This document shows, piece after piece, positions 41,028-52,478 of a stretch of DNA of 64,000 bases. The first letter of the stretch is position 1, and each line of letters opens with the position of its first letter. Both the position numbers and the translations under genes were made by a program. A model generated the notes under the pieces. It had not been told where the DNA came from, made no database searches, and was given only the letters and a program-made list of their open reading frames with translations. This DNA comes from Diplonema japonicum (taxonomy: Eukaryota > Protista > Euglenozoa: Diplonemea): NCBI GenBank assembly GCA_964019335.1, contig OZ025653.1, positions 186,001 to 250,000 of the forward strand, written 5' to 3'.

Positions 41028-41578
41028 AGTTTTTCTTTTTTGGCGCGAAAACGAGTGTTATTCACCTACTATAAATTACTCATTGCGCTGCCAAGAATTG
41101 TTAAAACAAGGGGAAAAAAAAGAGGAAAAAAGAAGATGGCCGTTGCACTTAGCCGGGGGGGGGGGGGGGGGAGGCAGCAAGCTAAGGAGGAGCTTATAAA
41201 CCTGTAATCATGCTTCCAGTATTCCCCCTTTTTCGGTCAAAGACAAGTCCAATTGAAAAATTAAAAATAGGGGGAAAAAGTTTTTTTTTCATCTCTCTCT
41301 TTACAAAAAACTCAAAAAAAAAAAAAAAAAAAGGCAAGGCTTTGTGCAAAAAAGTCGATGTCACATGCAAACTCCGCGCGAGAGCCGCAGGCTAAAAAAA
41401 AAAAAAAAACTCTAAAAAAAGAGTATTTTCCCCGACTCTTTTTTTTTTTTTTTTTTTTTTTGGCACAGAGGGGGCACTCAGTTAGTTTCTATTCAAAGCA
41501 AACAAATAAAAACAAAAGGGGAAGGAGCAAAAGGTAAGAAGGGGAAGGGAAAAAAAAAATTATTTTTTTCTTTTTGAT

Positions 41579-41655
41579 AGGATCAGATCGGCCCACAGAA
41601 GGCGCACCCAGCGAGTGGGTGCAACATCTATGGTCGAACGACCTATAGGGATCCT
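41579..41655. ncRNA. Candidate structured RNA element (4-way junction / cloverleaf)
   Basis: Closing stem AGGATC/GATCCT encloses hairpins GCC/GGC, GCACCCA/TGGGTGC (7 bp perfect) and CTATGGTC/GACC(T)ATAG, in a complex-sequence island within homopolymer DNA. Confidence 0.3.
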
Positions 41656-43636
41656 CCTCCTTTTCTTTAGAGGCAAGAAGCAGCTTTCGGGTTTATAATT
41701 TCAAATAAAAACTGACAGCTTCTGCCCTTTCGTGCGATAAGTGTTGTTGACACAGTTACCAAGAACCTCTTTTTTTTTCTTTTCTCCTCTTTCATAAAAG
41801 AGAAAAAAAAAAACATAAAAAAACAAAAAAAGCATAAAGGAGGGGAAGGATAAGAAAAGAAGCCCCCATCACTGGGAAAGTTCCTATTTAGGATTAAGAA
41901 CCCCCTTCTCTTGTTGTGTGTTTTTTCTTTTTTTTTTTTGTCTTGGAAGAACTGCTTCTGTCCATTTATTTCATTTCTTTTGGTCTATTTCAATTTTTTT
42001 CTTCTTCTTATTTCAATAATTTGGGTAAAAAAAAAAAAAAACAATGTTCCAGCAACTCTCCCCAAACAGGGGTGCCGGAAACATTATCTTTTTACAGTTC
42101 TTTTTTTTTTTCTCTTTTACTTTTCTCTAATGAGATCGGAAATGCGTGAAGTTGAACCCGCGGGGCGGATGGGGAGGGGAGGGGGAGGGGAATTAACGTA
42201 CCACTAGTATTTTGGCACCTTCCCAATCCTTTAGAACCTTTAGGTGGGAGGCCGTGGTATATTTAAAAAAAAAAAAAAAAAAATAGGGGGAGCAAGAAAC
42301 AGCAAAAAAGGGGGGATGGGAGCATGTGCGGATAAAAACGGGCCGATGATATATTGGCTGTCAATCGCCCCGTTTTTCTTTTCTTCTTTTTTTTTTTTTT
42401 GGTTTTTCAACTCGGCCTATGGCGGCACGATGGTGTATGTCTCGAGAATTATTAGATCCGTTCTCTTCGTTTCAACCAAATTATAAAATCGGTATTAAAA
42501 TGCAGTATTCAGGGGGAGGTGGGCTCCCCTCCCCCTCAACTTTAAATTCCTTTTTTTTGTTTTATTTCTTTTTTTTCCTTCTGAGAAGTTGAGAAGGGGA
42601 GGGCTTCTCCCCCCTCCAAAAAAAAAAAAAAAAAAAAAAAAAGCGCTTCTGGTTGGGAAATTCCTGTTCAGTACTAAAATTAAAACATCAAGCCAGATTC
42701 GACAAAAAGGGTTTGCGCGGCTCCCTGTTCCTCTTCCTTACTTCATTCTCTTTTTCCCTACGAGTCTTCTCCTTCCGCTTTCTTGCGGTTCGATGACCTG
42801 CAAAGAACTTTTCTTTTTTTTTTTCCCCCCCATATGTCAGTACAAAGTCTCAAGCAGACTGTCTAGAAAAATAAAAAAAAATAAAGGAAAAGGCGACAAA
42901 AATGTCATATTGTGTAAGAGATTGGGCTCCTCTTGGGAAAGAAAAAAAAGGGGAGTTGTATAGCTAGTCAAGGGATTATGGGGGTCAATGCACTGTATTC
43001 GTGAAGTTGATCGGAAGCAGTATTCTTTTTTTTTTTTCTTTTATAGTACTGACAAAAAAAATCAACTCTTGTCACCGCGAAACGAATATTGCACAACAAA
43101 AAAAAAAGGGGGCGATGCTTAGGGCAAATCCCACTTGAGGACCGCCCTTAAAAAAAAAAAAAAAAAAAAAAAAACAACAAATGGTTTCTATCCCCACCCC
43201 CACCTTTATTTTTTTACCTTAATTTTCGGCACAATCTAAAAAAAAAAAAAAAAAACAGAAGCTATTTCTATTCACAACGAATAATGAAAAATTCGATAAA
43301 ACTCTCTTGTCTTAATAAAGAGAGTGACATCGGGGGGAGCAAGGGAAAAAAAAAGTGTTTTTTTTTTTTTTTTTTTTTTGTTTTGTTTTGTTGTCATTTA
43401 CTATCGAAATTCTCAGTGGGGGTGAGTCACTGTACCGAAGAACTAAGGGGGAATTTTTTTTTTTTTTTTTTTTTTTTTTCCCTCATGGAAGTTCGGCAAC
43501 CAAACAGTTTCGCTGAGTTGCCCTGTGCCCTACAATGCAGTCAGTAAAAAAAAAAAAAAAAAAAAAAAAAAAGGGAAAAAAAAAAAAAAAATGGGAAAGG
43601 ATGAATTACAAGGTGTAGCAAGGGTACTGTAGGTTA

Positions 43637-43981
43637 TCACCGGGACTTCTTAAGCAAGGCCGTTGGCAGAAACTTCGACACATCTTCAAAATCGTAGCCA
43701 AAATCTTGGGACGCAGAGCCGACCTGCTCGGGGTAGACGCACTCTTCACAGAGGGCATCCAGATACTCCTCTTCATTACAGGAGGCCGCTGTCTTCTCTG
43801 TGGTGGTGGACTCACCCAGGTCACCGCCTTCGAACTCAACAAAGACGAAACTCTCAGTACTTTCGCTCCCTGTCAGCTTCCCTCTTTCGACGTCAGTTGC
43901 ACCCGTATCGCTCATAAAACCTGCCAAGAAACTTGTTGCATCAACAGCCAAGCTGTCGTGGTAATGGCCTATTACCTCCAT
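43637..43981 (-). CDS. Small acidic hypothetical protein (114 aa)
   Basis: Balanced-composition coding island inside the low-complexity spacer. ATG follows poly-T/A tracts; same strand as all other genes. Confidence 0.6.
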   Translation of the reverse strand: MEVIGHYHDSLAVDATSFLAGFMSDTGATDVERGKLTGSESTESFVFVEFEGGDLGESTTTEKTAASCNEEEYLDALCEECVYPEQVGSASQDFGYDFEDVSKFLPTALLKKSR

Positions 43982-44030
43982 TTTTTTTTTTTGTGTGTTT
44001 TCCCTTTTTTTCTTTTTATACAGTAGAAAA

Positions 44031-44062
<32 letters not shown>

Positions 44063-44724
44063 AACAGACACTCGTAGTACAAAAATGGAGAGAGCGTTTC
44101 ATTCCTCCCCCCCTTCCTTTTCGTTTTCTAGAAAAAAAAAAGGGGGGAGAGGGGAAAGAGAGAGAGAGGAAAAAAATACCATCGCTTCTTTCCCGTAAAC
44201 CCATTTTTCTTTTATCAGTCATTTTTCTTTTTTCCTAGAAAACGCAGGTCGTGTGAAAAAAAAAGAGAAGAAGGGGCCCGCACGGTATGAATATGTATTA
44301 TTATTCTTTCGTTTTTTTTTTTTTTTTTTTTTTCTAATTTTTCTTTTTCAGACTAAGTTAAAGTAAGATTGAGAGTGTGGCACAAGGAGGGACAACGGTA
44401 GTAACGGAAGTAAATGAAAGAAAAAGACAAGGGAGAAAACAAATAAAGAAGATCAACAAGCACACGGGGAGGGAGGACCAAACAAGTTTCTTCTTTATTC
44501 TTTTTTTAAATTTTCTTTTTGCCCTTCCTTTTCTTTCTTTTTTAAATTTTCTTTTTATATACTGTCACGGAAAGAAAAAAAAAAAGGAAAGAGATTTTTA
44601 AAACAAAAGACGATAGCTTTAAAAAAGAAAAAAAAAACCCCCCCCAGCCCCTTGTCAAAGTAATCTTTTCAAACGTCCCCCCACTCCCCAAAAAAAACAA
44701 CAAGCCAACTCCTTTCCTCTTTAA

Positions 44725-46338
44725 TCAGTCGGAGCTGACCACCCCCGCAATACCTAGGATGGTCATAGTGAAGGAGGTCACAGCGACGAGGGCCCCAATT
44801 GCGAAGAGAGAGTAGCACGCCCACCGACCACCTAGCGGTTCGTCTTCCAGCTTCAATGCAAAGTAAGCAGGAAACACGAATCCCAAGAGCGAGCCGAAGA
44901 CGCCCCCCACAAGATCAAGTGTGGGGCCCAAGTCGGTCACAACCAGCCCAGCACCCACAGACAAGACGAAGAGACTTGCAGTGGTCCAGGCATGGAGGCC
45001 TAAAGGGGTTTCTTCTCGAGTCCCGCCGCCTGCTGCAGACACCGCTTCGTTCCGAGGTGCCCTGTCCAACTCTGACCACACAGCAGTTGTGGGGCGTCCT
45101 TCGTGGTCGAAGCTTATGCAGCTGTTCCGTGACAGCTTTGACATGGCCGACAGTCGCTTCGAGTTCCCGATGCCGCTGTACATGGACAGCCGTGAGCGCC
45201 TGTCGCCCGCACTGCCCATCGACTGCCGCGACATCGAATGCCGCTTCTTCACGTCGTTGCTGCTTGTGTACTGCACCACCAGCACCTGCAGCGTCTCACG
45301 CGCTACACCAAAATTCATCGGAAACGAGATCAACATGTTTGCCGAGATGCACAGCCGTGCTGCGTGTGTCATGTTCTCGTAGTACGTGTCGTAGTTCTTG
45401 AAGATGTCGGACTTCACCTGGTTCCCGAAGCTGCCGTACACGATGCAGCCGAGCGACACGGAGGTGAGCACCGCGAAGGCAAGCGCGCCCCTCACGATGG
45501 GCCGCCAGTTGTCGGGCGACGCTTCCGACCCCAGTGACCTGTAGATGGAGAACTGGTTGTGGTGGCACAAGAAGGCGAAGATGCACACGCCCACTGTGTT
45601 GGCGAACTGGTCCCTTGCAACGATTTCATAGTCATCACCCTGGAAGCCCTTCTTGGCGTAGTGGTACAGGAAGATGACGATCAACGCTGCGACAAGTGTG
45701 ATGGAGAGAGCAGAGACGTGGCCGAGCTCGGCAACGCTGCGCAGGCAGCACAGCGGCAGCAGGAAGACGAAGGAGAGAATCGCAGTGTAGCCGACATCGG
45801 CATCCGACTGCAGCCCTTGGTCAGACCCGATGGAGAAGAGGCCGTCGATGGCAGTGGCGAAGGTGTCCTTGATCACCACTATGTAACCAACGAGTGCGCC
45901 AAAGCAGAAGCAGAACTGGGAGAACAGAAGTAGGTTTCTGTGAAAGCTTCCCGCTGCTAGCTCCGCGACCTCCTCGTAGGCAACACAGGAGATGGCACCG
46001 TTGCGTGCTGCAGTGTCGGCAATGGAGATGAGCAGCTCGAGACCGTAGCAGGTCAGGATGCCGGTACCTATCACCAGCACCACGCCAAGCGACAGACCGG
46101 ACTGCCCTAGCACAAAGGGCACACCTACAACACCAGCGTCTAGAATGCAGTTCAGCAGATTGAACATAGCGCCTCTCTTGTTGCTCGGCGGGTCCTCATC
46201 CACACCCCACCCCAGCCCGTCATCCTCGTCTCCTTCGTCATCTTCATAGTCTTCCTCAGGATCCTTCTTGCCACGCTTCATGTACCAAAACTTCAAATCC
46301 TCCTCATGTTCTTCAGTCTCTTCATCTTTGTCAGACAT
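44725..46338 (-). CDS. Amino acid transporter, Aa_trans (SLC38/AVT-like) family
   Basis: AMFNLLNCILDAGVVGVPF, YEEVAELA, IFAFLCHHNQFSIYRSL and LVGGVFGSLLGFVFPA motifs; about 11 TM helices. Confidence 0.92.
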   Translation of the reverse strand: MSDKDEETEEHEEDLKFWYMKRGKKDPEEDYEDDEGDEDDGLGWGVDEDPPSNKRGAMFNLLNCILDAGVVGVPFVLGQSGLSLGVVLVIGTGILTCYGLELLISIADTAARNGAISCVAYEEVAELAAGSFHRNLLLFSQFCFCFGALVGYIVVIKDTFATAIDGLFSIGSDQGLQSDADVGYTAILSFVFLLPLCCLRSVAELGHVSALSITLVAALIVIFLYHYAKKGFQGDDYEIVARDQFANTVGVCIFAFLCHHNQFSIYRSLGSEASPDNWRPIVRGALAFAVLTSVSLGCIVYGSFGNQVKSDIFKNYDTYYENMTHAARLCISANMLISFPMNFGVARETLQVLVVQYTSSNDVKKRHSMSRQSMGSAGDRRSRLSMYSGIGNSKRLSAMSKLSRNSCISFDHEGRPTTAVWSELDRAPRNEAVSAAGGGTREETPLGLHAWTTASLFVLSVGAGLVVTDLGPTLDLVGGVFGSLLGFVFPAYFALKLEDEPLGGRWACYSLFAIGALVAVTSFTMTILGIAGVVSSD

Positions 46339-46451
46339 GTCTGTAGCTGAAGCAGATGAGCGTCTTGAGCTTTAGCAGAACAAAATAGAAAAAATAAGTC
46401 TCTACAATAAACAGCTTCCCTCGCTGCGTGTTCTAGTGTCTATTCTAAGTG

Positions 46452-46640
46452 CTACATGGACATGGCATCGACCTGCCCAGCAACCAACTGTGCCGTGCTG
46501 ATGTCGTGTTGCGATTGGAAGTACTTGTTGAAGTCCAGCGCCGTGCGGAGGCGCTGCAGCGAACCCATAGAAAGCTTGGGGACTGTGGTGCGTGCCTTTA
46601 GGGCAGCAACACGTTTTGGAGACAAGTTAGCGTGTGAGAG

Positions 46641-46697
<57 letters not shown>

Positions 46698-49091
46698 GGC
46701 ATAGCAGTTGTTGACATACTGCAGTAGACTCCCTCGCGACCTTCGCAGGGTCCAGGCCCCTGTCCAGCGTGGCAAGGAGGTGCCCCACTTCACCAATATA
46801 TGTCCTTCTCAAGTTTTTCACCGCAAGCCCGATTTCTTCTATCTGCAAAACACTACTGCTCGAAGGCCCCTTCGGGACCCCCCATGAAGAGCTTCCTGCA
46901 CTCTTGCTCACGTCCACCTCGTCTTGCAAACGCTGTGTGTGCGTGCATAATTCCTGCTGTACTCATACCAACAACATGCTCTGCCCTATTTGGTGTAGCT
47001 TGCTTGACTGTGCTAGGAAATGTGAAATGACACCTAGCACCGATTCGACACACTGCCTCAGTTCAAGGTATTGCTGTGTTACGTGTTTAGGTGCTGGGTG
47101 TTTGTACATACCCCGTCAAGGAGAGCGTGCCTGTGCAGCTTGATGACGGTCTCTTGGTGCAATGAGATGATGGTGTCGAATGTCTCTGCTGCCTTGGCCT
47201 TCTCTTCAAACTCCTTCCACAGCACGTCCACGCCGTCGATCATGATGTACGAGTCAAGCGCAGCGACGAACTGCAGCATCGCGTGCGTGACGTGGCACGA
47301 GGCCTCTGACGCGTAGTGCAGCTTCATCCACCACGAGGGAGGTTCTTTCAGCATGTTCTTATGGCATCTTGCATGCAAGATTTGCTTGAAATCCCTCCTC
47401 CCATCGACAAGATCTTTCAGCAGTCTCTTCACCTTCCAAATGAACCCAAATACAGGCCTGTAATAGGCTTCTACAAGGTTCGCTTTCAAAACAGTCCTGA
47501 GAGGCTGTGGGCAGGTGTACAACAAGTAGAATCTGTCGATGCCAAAGAGACCCTCGTCGTCTGGCTGCATTCGCACGTCGATGTATCTGCAGGGATCGAT
47601 GCTCAGCCCTTGGCCTACCTGTGTTTTGACGATGCACTCCTCAATTGCAGGTATTAGCTGGTACTTCCTCTTCATTACCTCGCTGTGGTCAGATCGTAGC
47701 ATCTGACCCACACGGCCAGAATAGATGGCATCGAAGAAGTCGCCCTGCCCAAGCATGCACAAAGACTTCGCAACGTGCAGGTGCTCCGCTAGCTTGTGGT
47801 CGTCAAAAATGACTTCGATGACACGCTCGTTGACAGCATTCTTGGCGGCCTTCACAAGCTCCGCTAGGTTGTCCGGGTGCACGCCACCGTCGCCCCCTTG
47901 TGCGAGCCGCTTGACTGAGGGTGGCATGTGGAAAGGGTCTGAGCACAGCTTGCGAAGGAAGATAATCGACTTACCCGAAAGCAAAATGTCCTCAGCAAGC
48001 TTACGTGACACAAAAGGCGGCAACATGGCGTTCCTGAGGGTGTACTTCGACCCCCACCACGCGTCGGACTCGGGCGACACATCCTTCTCCCTCGCCTTTG
48101 AGATAAAGAACTCCTCGTGCGGGTCGTCGAGGATGCCTTCCGTCACCCACTGTGAGATCATGTGCAGCAGGGGCTTGAAGGCCGCGTCCCTTAAACTTTT
48201 GAACAGTCCCGGAGGTGCGGCAGCATGGTGGCTGAAAGACTCAAGCGTCCCTGTCAACGCGGACCCCTTTGCCCATGACGTCTCTGCTGCTAACTGGACC
48301 CATCTGATGAAGCCTAGGTCGACAGAGGCCTTATCCGCAGCAAGCAACAGTCTTGGAAGGGTCATCCCCGTGTTGACGCCAGCCATGAGGTCCCCCATAG
48401 ATTGGTCGAAGGACTGCATCTGTGTGCGGATGCCGTGCTGCAGCGACTGGTGCAGAAGAGACTTGCCTGCTTTTGGTGCTGACAAGTTCTCCTTGACGCG
48501 TGCTTGGACATCGCCAAGCTCGTGGAGCTGCTCTGCTGCGATCTGGCATGCGGAATGAGGTGCGTTGTGAACAGGGCCATCGGAGGGAAGGGCATCCGAT
48601 GACACGCCCTGCATCACATAGATGCCCTGGCGGATGAAAGACGTCATAGGCACCACGTGCCCGCCGAGCTGCTGTTTCGCTTGCGGTGCCGGGACAGGTG
48701 CGACATTGCTGGTATCGTTCATCTTCGTCATCATCTCTTGCTTTCTGACAGCCCTCAATGCTGCAAGAGTCGCCCCGGGCTGCACTGCGATGTTCGTGTC
48801 CTTCAACGCATGCAGCACATGCAGCACCCTTGCCTTCCCGTCCTCTTTCAGCCCGCTCTTCGCACTTTTCAACTTCGACACCAGGTTCCCCATTCTCCTC
48901 CTGCCTTCATTTTTTTTCGACCTCTCCACGAGCCCTCCCACCGCATTTAAATTAATGTTGCAGGACCCACCAAACATGCCTTTACTACAAGCCGCATTTT
49001 TTGCATTTTCCTCAGAAGCGCCCACACGCCTCAAGAGTACCTCGAGGGTCTCGATCGCCAGGTAGTTCTCACTTAAGCTAGATGCTGCCAT
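46452..49091 (-). CDS. GCP3: Gamma-tubulin complex component (GCP3/Spc98-like), ~828 aa, 4 exons
   Basis: WVTEGILDDPHEEFFI, WWGSKYTLRNAMLPPFVS..LAEDILLSGKSIIFLR, LCMLGQGDFF and terminal LRTALDFNKYF. Introns 47074-47111, 46933-46968, 46641-46719; exon sum 2487 nt. Confidence 0.85.
46642..46696. repeat. (TG/CA)27 microsatellite in the last GCP3 intron
   Basis: Perfect dinucleotide run directly abutting the acceptor AG. Confidence 0.97.
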
Positions 49092-49198
49092 AGGTTTCGG
49101 TACCTTTTGCTGTGGGGAGTTAGTTACGTGAAGAGTGAAGAGTGAAAAAAAAAGAGCTTTAAAAAACAAAGGGCGAAAGCCCCATGAGAGACGGTCTT

Positions 49199-50722
49199 CT
49201 ATTGAAGGATGACAACGTTGTTGTCACGTGTGTCAAGCCTGAGGGTGCGCTGTGACCCCGCGAGATTCACCTTGTGGGCGTGGTGCACCATGGCAGAGAA
49301 GATGAGCTGTTTAGTTACCTCCACCTTGCTGTCTTTCCTGGCCACCTCGTACACAGTGGTGAGGTCCACTGGGGCGTGCGGGTCGGCTGAAAGCAGACTG
49401 TCCAAGATTGGCCCCACTTTCGAGATATTGTACCTCTTGTTCGCTTTCACGATCTTTTGGATAGTGGTGGTCAGCTGCTTGTCAAGATCCTGGTGCCATT
49501 TACGTTTACGATTTGTAGGCTCCTCCTCATCAGATGAAGCACTCTCCTCCACCACCTCAGGGCCTTGTTCCGACTCCAGCGTCTGCACGAAGTCCCCCAC
49601 AAGGTATTCCACATCCCCCTTCTGCAACGCTTCCCTGAACTTCATCATCGCGGCCCCATCACCTAGTAACATGCCAAACCTGCCATGACGGATTTCTTCA
49701 GGATCTTGAGGGTAACCAAGGAGGGACGTGAAGCACACTGACTGTGTCTGGAGGCTTTTCAGTGCGGTCTTAGGTTGGAAGTCAGCAGAGCTGCAAGTTT
49801 GCGGCGGAATACCGCAAATGCCGCGGGGTCGCTTCATATAGATATTGTCTTCAGGCTTTGCTCGCAGCTGCACCTTTCCCGGTGGTTTGGTGCCCATCTT
49901 AACAGGCTCCACCTTCGGGTCTATACATGAGATGTATGCTCCATGCGGGAATACAGCAGGGGCGACAGAGGTGCTACGAGCAATCTTTGCCTTAGGCTTC
50001 TTTTTGGGCTTCGATGACGATTGCGCAACTGCTGTGCTTGAAGCTAGCTTGGTGGGTTCTGGTAGTTCTAAATCCTCTGCAGGCACGTATTTCAAGAAGA
50101 CCCCACCTGCACGTGCGTACAGGTTCGTCTCGACTGCCTCGGGGGTGTCAGGAACCTGCTCATGCGTGCCACCACTGAACTCCTCAAAGGCAGTAATCTG
50201 CTTTGCTAGTGCACCTTCCCACTCAGCCTCATCATTAGGAAGGCCTGCAGGGTCAAGCTCCTTCACAATCTGCTTCTTTTCACCCTCTTTATTGTCCCAG
50301 TCGGACATTGAGATGGCCTGCACAGCGATGGCGCAATCTTTGTCAAAGTCTCGCGTCTTCTGAGCGCAGTAAACCTCCAGAGGGGGACATTCCAGAGGTG
50401 TGCTGCTCTTTTCGATCAGCTTCACGACCTTGGCGTGCATCTGTTTCCACTCTTGATCATTCTTCTCTTCTATTTGACTGCTCGTCTCAGTCACCTTTCC
50501 CTCTTTCGACTTGTTCTTCTGCCGCAATCCCTTGGCCAGACACTTCTCAGCCATCTTGACCACCCTTATTTGTAGCCCCAATACTCTCGCAGCTTCTCCC
50601 GGAGCAATTTGTGTAACACCCTTGGACATGAGACATTGTGTCTTATGATGTTGCAGCACAGCATCGTCTGGCCTCTTGGCCTTGCTCAGCAGGACCTCAA
50701 CGTCGGCCAGAAGGTCGTCCAT
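49199..50722 (-). CDS. Possible divergent condensin-type kleisin (CAP-H/CAP-H2-like)
   Basis: C-terminus KANKRYNISKVGPILDSLL...LIFSAMVHHAHKVNL...LRL....VVI resembles the kleisin winged helix (K..DVK.LK..LW...F..LLHLAN..L.L...DL.I). N-terminal GEAARVL helix; disordered middle. Confidence 0.45.
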   Translation of the reverse strand: MDDLLADVEVLLSKAKRPDDAVLQHHKTQCLMSKGVTQIAPGEAARVLGLQIRVVKMAEKCLAKGLRQKNKSKEGKVTETSSQIEEKNDQEWKQMHAKVVKLIEKSSTPLECPPLEVYCAQKTRDFDKDCAIAVQAISMSDWDNKEGEKKQIVKELDPAGLPNDEAEWEGALAKQITAFEEFSGGTHEQVPDTPEAVETNLYARAGGVFLKYVPAEDLELPEPTKLASSTAVAQSSSKPKKKPKAKIARSTSVAPAVFPHGAYISCIDPKVEPVKMGTKPPGKVQLRAKPEDNIYMKRPRGICGIPPQTCSSADFQPKTALKSLQTQSVCFTSLLGYPQDPEEIRHGRFGMLLGDGAAMMKFREALQKGDVEYLVGDFVQTLESEQGPEVVEESASSDEEEPTNRKRKWHQDLDKQLTTTIQKIVKANKRYNISKVGPILDSLLSADPHAPVDLTTVYEVARKDSKVEVTKQLIFSAMVHHAHKVNLAGSQRTLRLDTRDNNVVILQ

Positions 50723-50800
50723 GTTGGCCTGTAGGTGGGACTGGCAGAGCCCGCAGCAAAAAAGAACTTTTGGCCACATGCTTTGCACGGAAATGCACAG

Positions 50801-52399
50801 TCATGTTTTGTGTGTCCTTGTCCTTTGCAACTCGTGTTTTCTCGTCTCGAACTTCCCATCTAAGTATATTCCAAGCTGCTTTGGTGTGTTCACGACGAGT
50901 CTGGCTGCTATCGGGCGGATTTCTCGAGGAGGGATAGGGGGCAACGGTGCTTCCATTAACTCAAGAACGGGGCCCTGCCAACCTCGGAGCGATGCTCGTA
51001 AGGCGTCTGTCTGCACAACAGGGGGCGGGGGCTGTGCAGTTATGAGGGTAGGCTGGATACGACGCCTCGGTGGGGGGGGAGTGACTACAAGAGGAGTTAG
51101 CAGTTCAACAGGTCGCTCACTTCGCTCTCTACGTACTTGTGAGACATGTGTCCTCTCGCTCACTGCCTCGGTAGCAACCCTTCTCTTTGCAACATCTTCT
51201 TCGTACTCAATCTTTTCCGCATTGTCCACCGCACTGTAAGAGCCGTAGTCACACACCATGGACTGGGTGATATCGCGCACCATGTCCCACCGCAACTTCC
51301 CTTCTACAGCGTGTGAAGCTTTCGATCTCGCGATCATCTGTAGCCTGTTCTGCAGGATGTTGATATCAAACATGTGCTTTGCATGCTCGGGAGGCACCCG
51401 CTTGCTTGCTATTATTGTTTCTGAGTGCTTCTTTATGGTATGGCGTTTAAGGGTTGGGGCCTTCGATGATGATGACATGGACAACGGATCGGCCTCCTCG
51501 CGTCGGGCCCTTGGCTTGGAACCCTTCTCGAATTGCTCTGGGGTATCACTGCTTTCCTTGGTTTCAAGGAACATTTTAAAATCTGCCAGATCCGCATTGC
51601 CGCTTTTAGCGATGGTTTCCATGCTGATCTCCGCACCAATCGCCCTTGCTGCGTTTAGCCAGTGCACGGCAGCGCTGTCAGGTTCCTTACCTACGTTGCT
51701 GAGGATCCTGAATGTCTCTTCTACACCAGATCGGCTTGCTTCAACTTTTCTACGCCACTTTCGGTACTTCATGATCTTGATCAATGCGTCTAAAGAGATG
51801 GCTTCTTGCCCCTCAGAGAAGTTCACTCTTTTCAACAGGCGGTTCAGCTCCCCGTCGCTGATGTAGCACATCTGGTTTGCTAAGAAGAGGCGTATGCCCG
51901 CTGCGCTGCTTAAATTAACGCCTTCTTCCGCCGCCAAGCGATACAGCCGCTCCACGTACTGCAGCTCGTCGTGCTGCAGGGAGTCAGAGACACCGCGCTG
52001 AAGCCTCACGATGGCTCTCACTGCGACGATCGACCGTTTGAACTTAGTTACAGGGTCCGCCTCTGTCAACTTGAGCAACTGGCCGAACTTAAGAACTGGT
52101 TTTATCTTTGCCCACTTGCAGCTATCTTGTGACACGAAAGTTTGTGCCTTTCGCGTGTGGCCAGCGTTCCGTACCGTGCCCCTAGTGGCAGTGCTGAGGT
52201 TTACCTTCCGCGTCATCTTCACCCTCTTCTCCTTCACAACCTCCTTCGGCTGCACGGGCTGCGTCAACAGCACTGTTTTTCTTGACTTTACCTGCTGCCC
52301 TGTCTTGTACACTTTGCTTGGCCGCAGATTTAAAGAAGCATTGTGCCGCACTTCTGCCATCCCCGCAGGTGTGTTGATGACATTGATCAGGATCGCCAT
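50801..52399 (-). CDS. Hypothetical protein with degenerate EF-hand-like region and Pro-rich C-terminus
   Basis: 532-aa ORF. IRLFLANQMCYISDGELNRLLKRVNFSEGQEAISLDALIKIM resembles a non-canonical EF-hand pair. Confidence 0.7.
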   Translation of the reverse strand: MAILINVINTPAGMAEVRHNASLNLRPSKVYKTGQQVKSRKTVLLTQPVQPKEVVKEKRVKMTRKVNLSTATRGTVRNAGHTRKAQTFVSQDSCKWAKIKPVLKFGQLLKLTEADPVTKFKRSIVAVRAIVRLQRGVSDSLQHDELQYVERLYRLAAEEGVNLSSAAGIRLFLANQMCYISDGELNRLLKRVNFSEGQEAISLDALIKIMKYRKWRRKVEASRSGVEETFRILSNVGKEPDSAAVHWLNAARAIGAEISMETIAKSGNADLADFKMFLETKESSDTPEQFEKGSKPRARREEADPLSMSSSSKAPTLKRHTIKKHSETIIASKRVPPEHAKHMFDINILQNRLQMIARSKASHAVEGKLRWDMVRDITQSMVCDYGSYSAVDNAEKIEYEEDVAKRRVATEAVSERTHVSQVRRERSERPVELLTPLVVTPPPPRRRIQPTLITAQPPPPVVQTDALRASLRGWQGPVLELMEAPLPPIPPREIRPIAARLVVNTPKQLGIYLDGKFETRKHELQRTRTHKT

Positions 52400-52478
52400 T
52401 CCTGTTGTGCGACTAGAAGGACATGTAACAGACTATAAAACTACTACTAGAAAGGTTCTATGGCAGCTTTGAAGAAAG

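Larger units (their letters stand above)
39875..44720. repeat. Homopolymer-rich low-complexity spacer (contains one small gene)
   Basis: A/T runs up to ~30 nt and G/C runs up to ~17 nt throughout. Confidence 0.8.
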
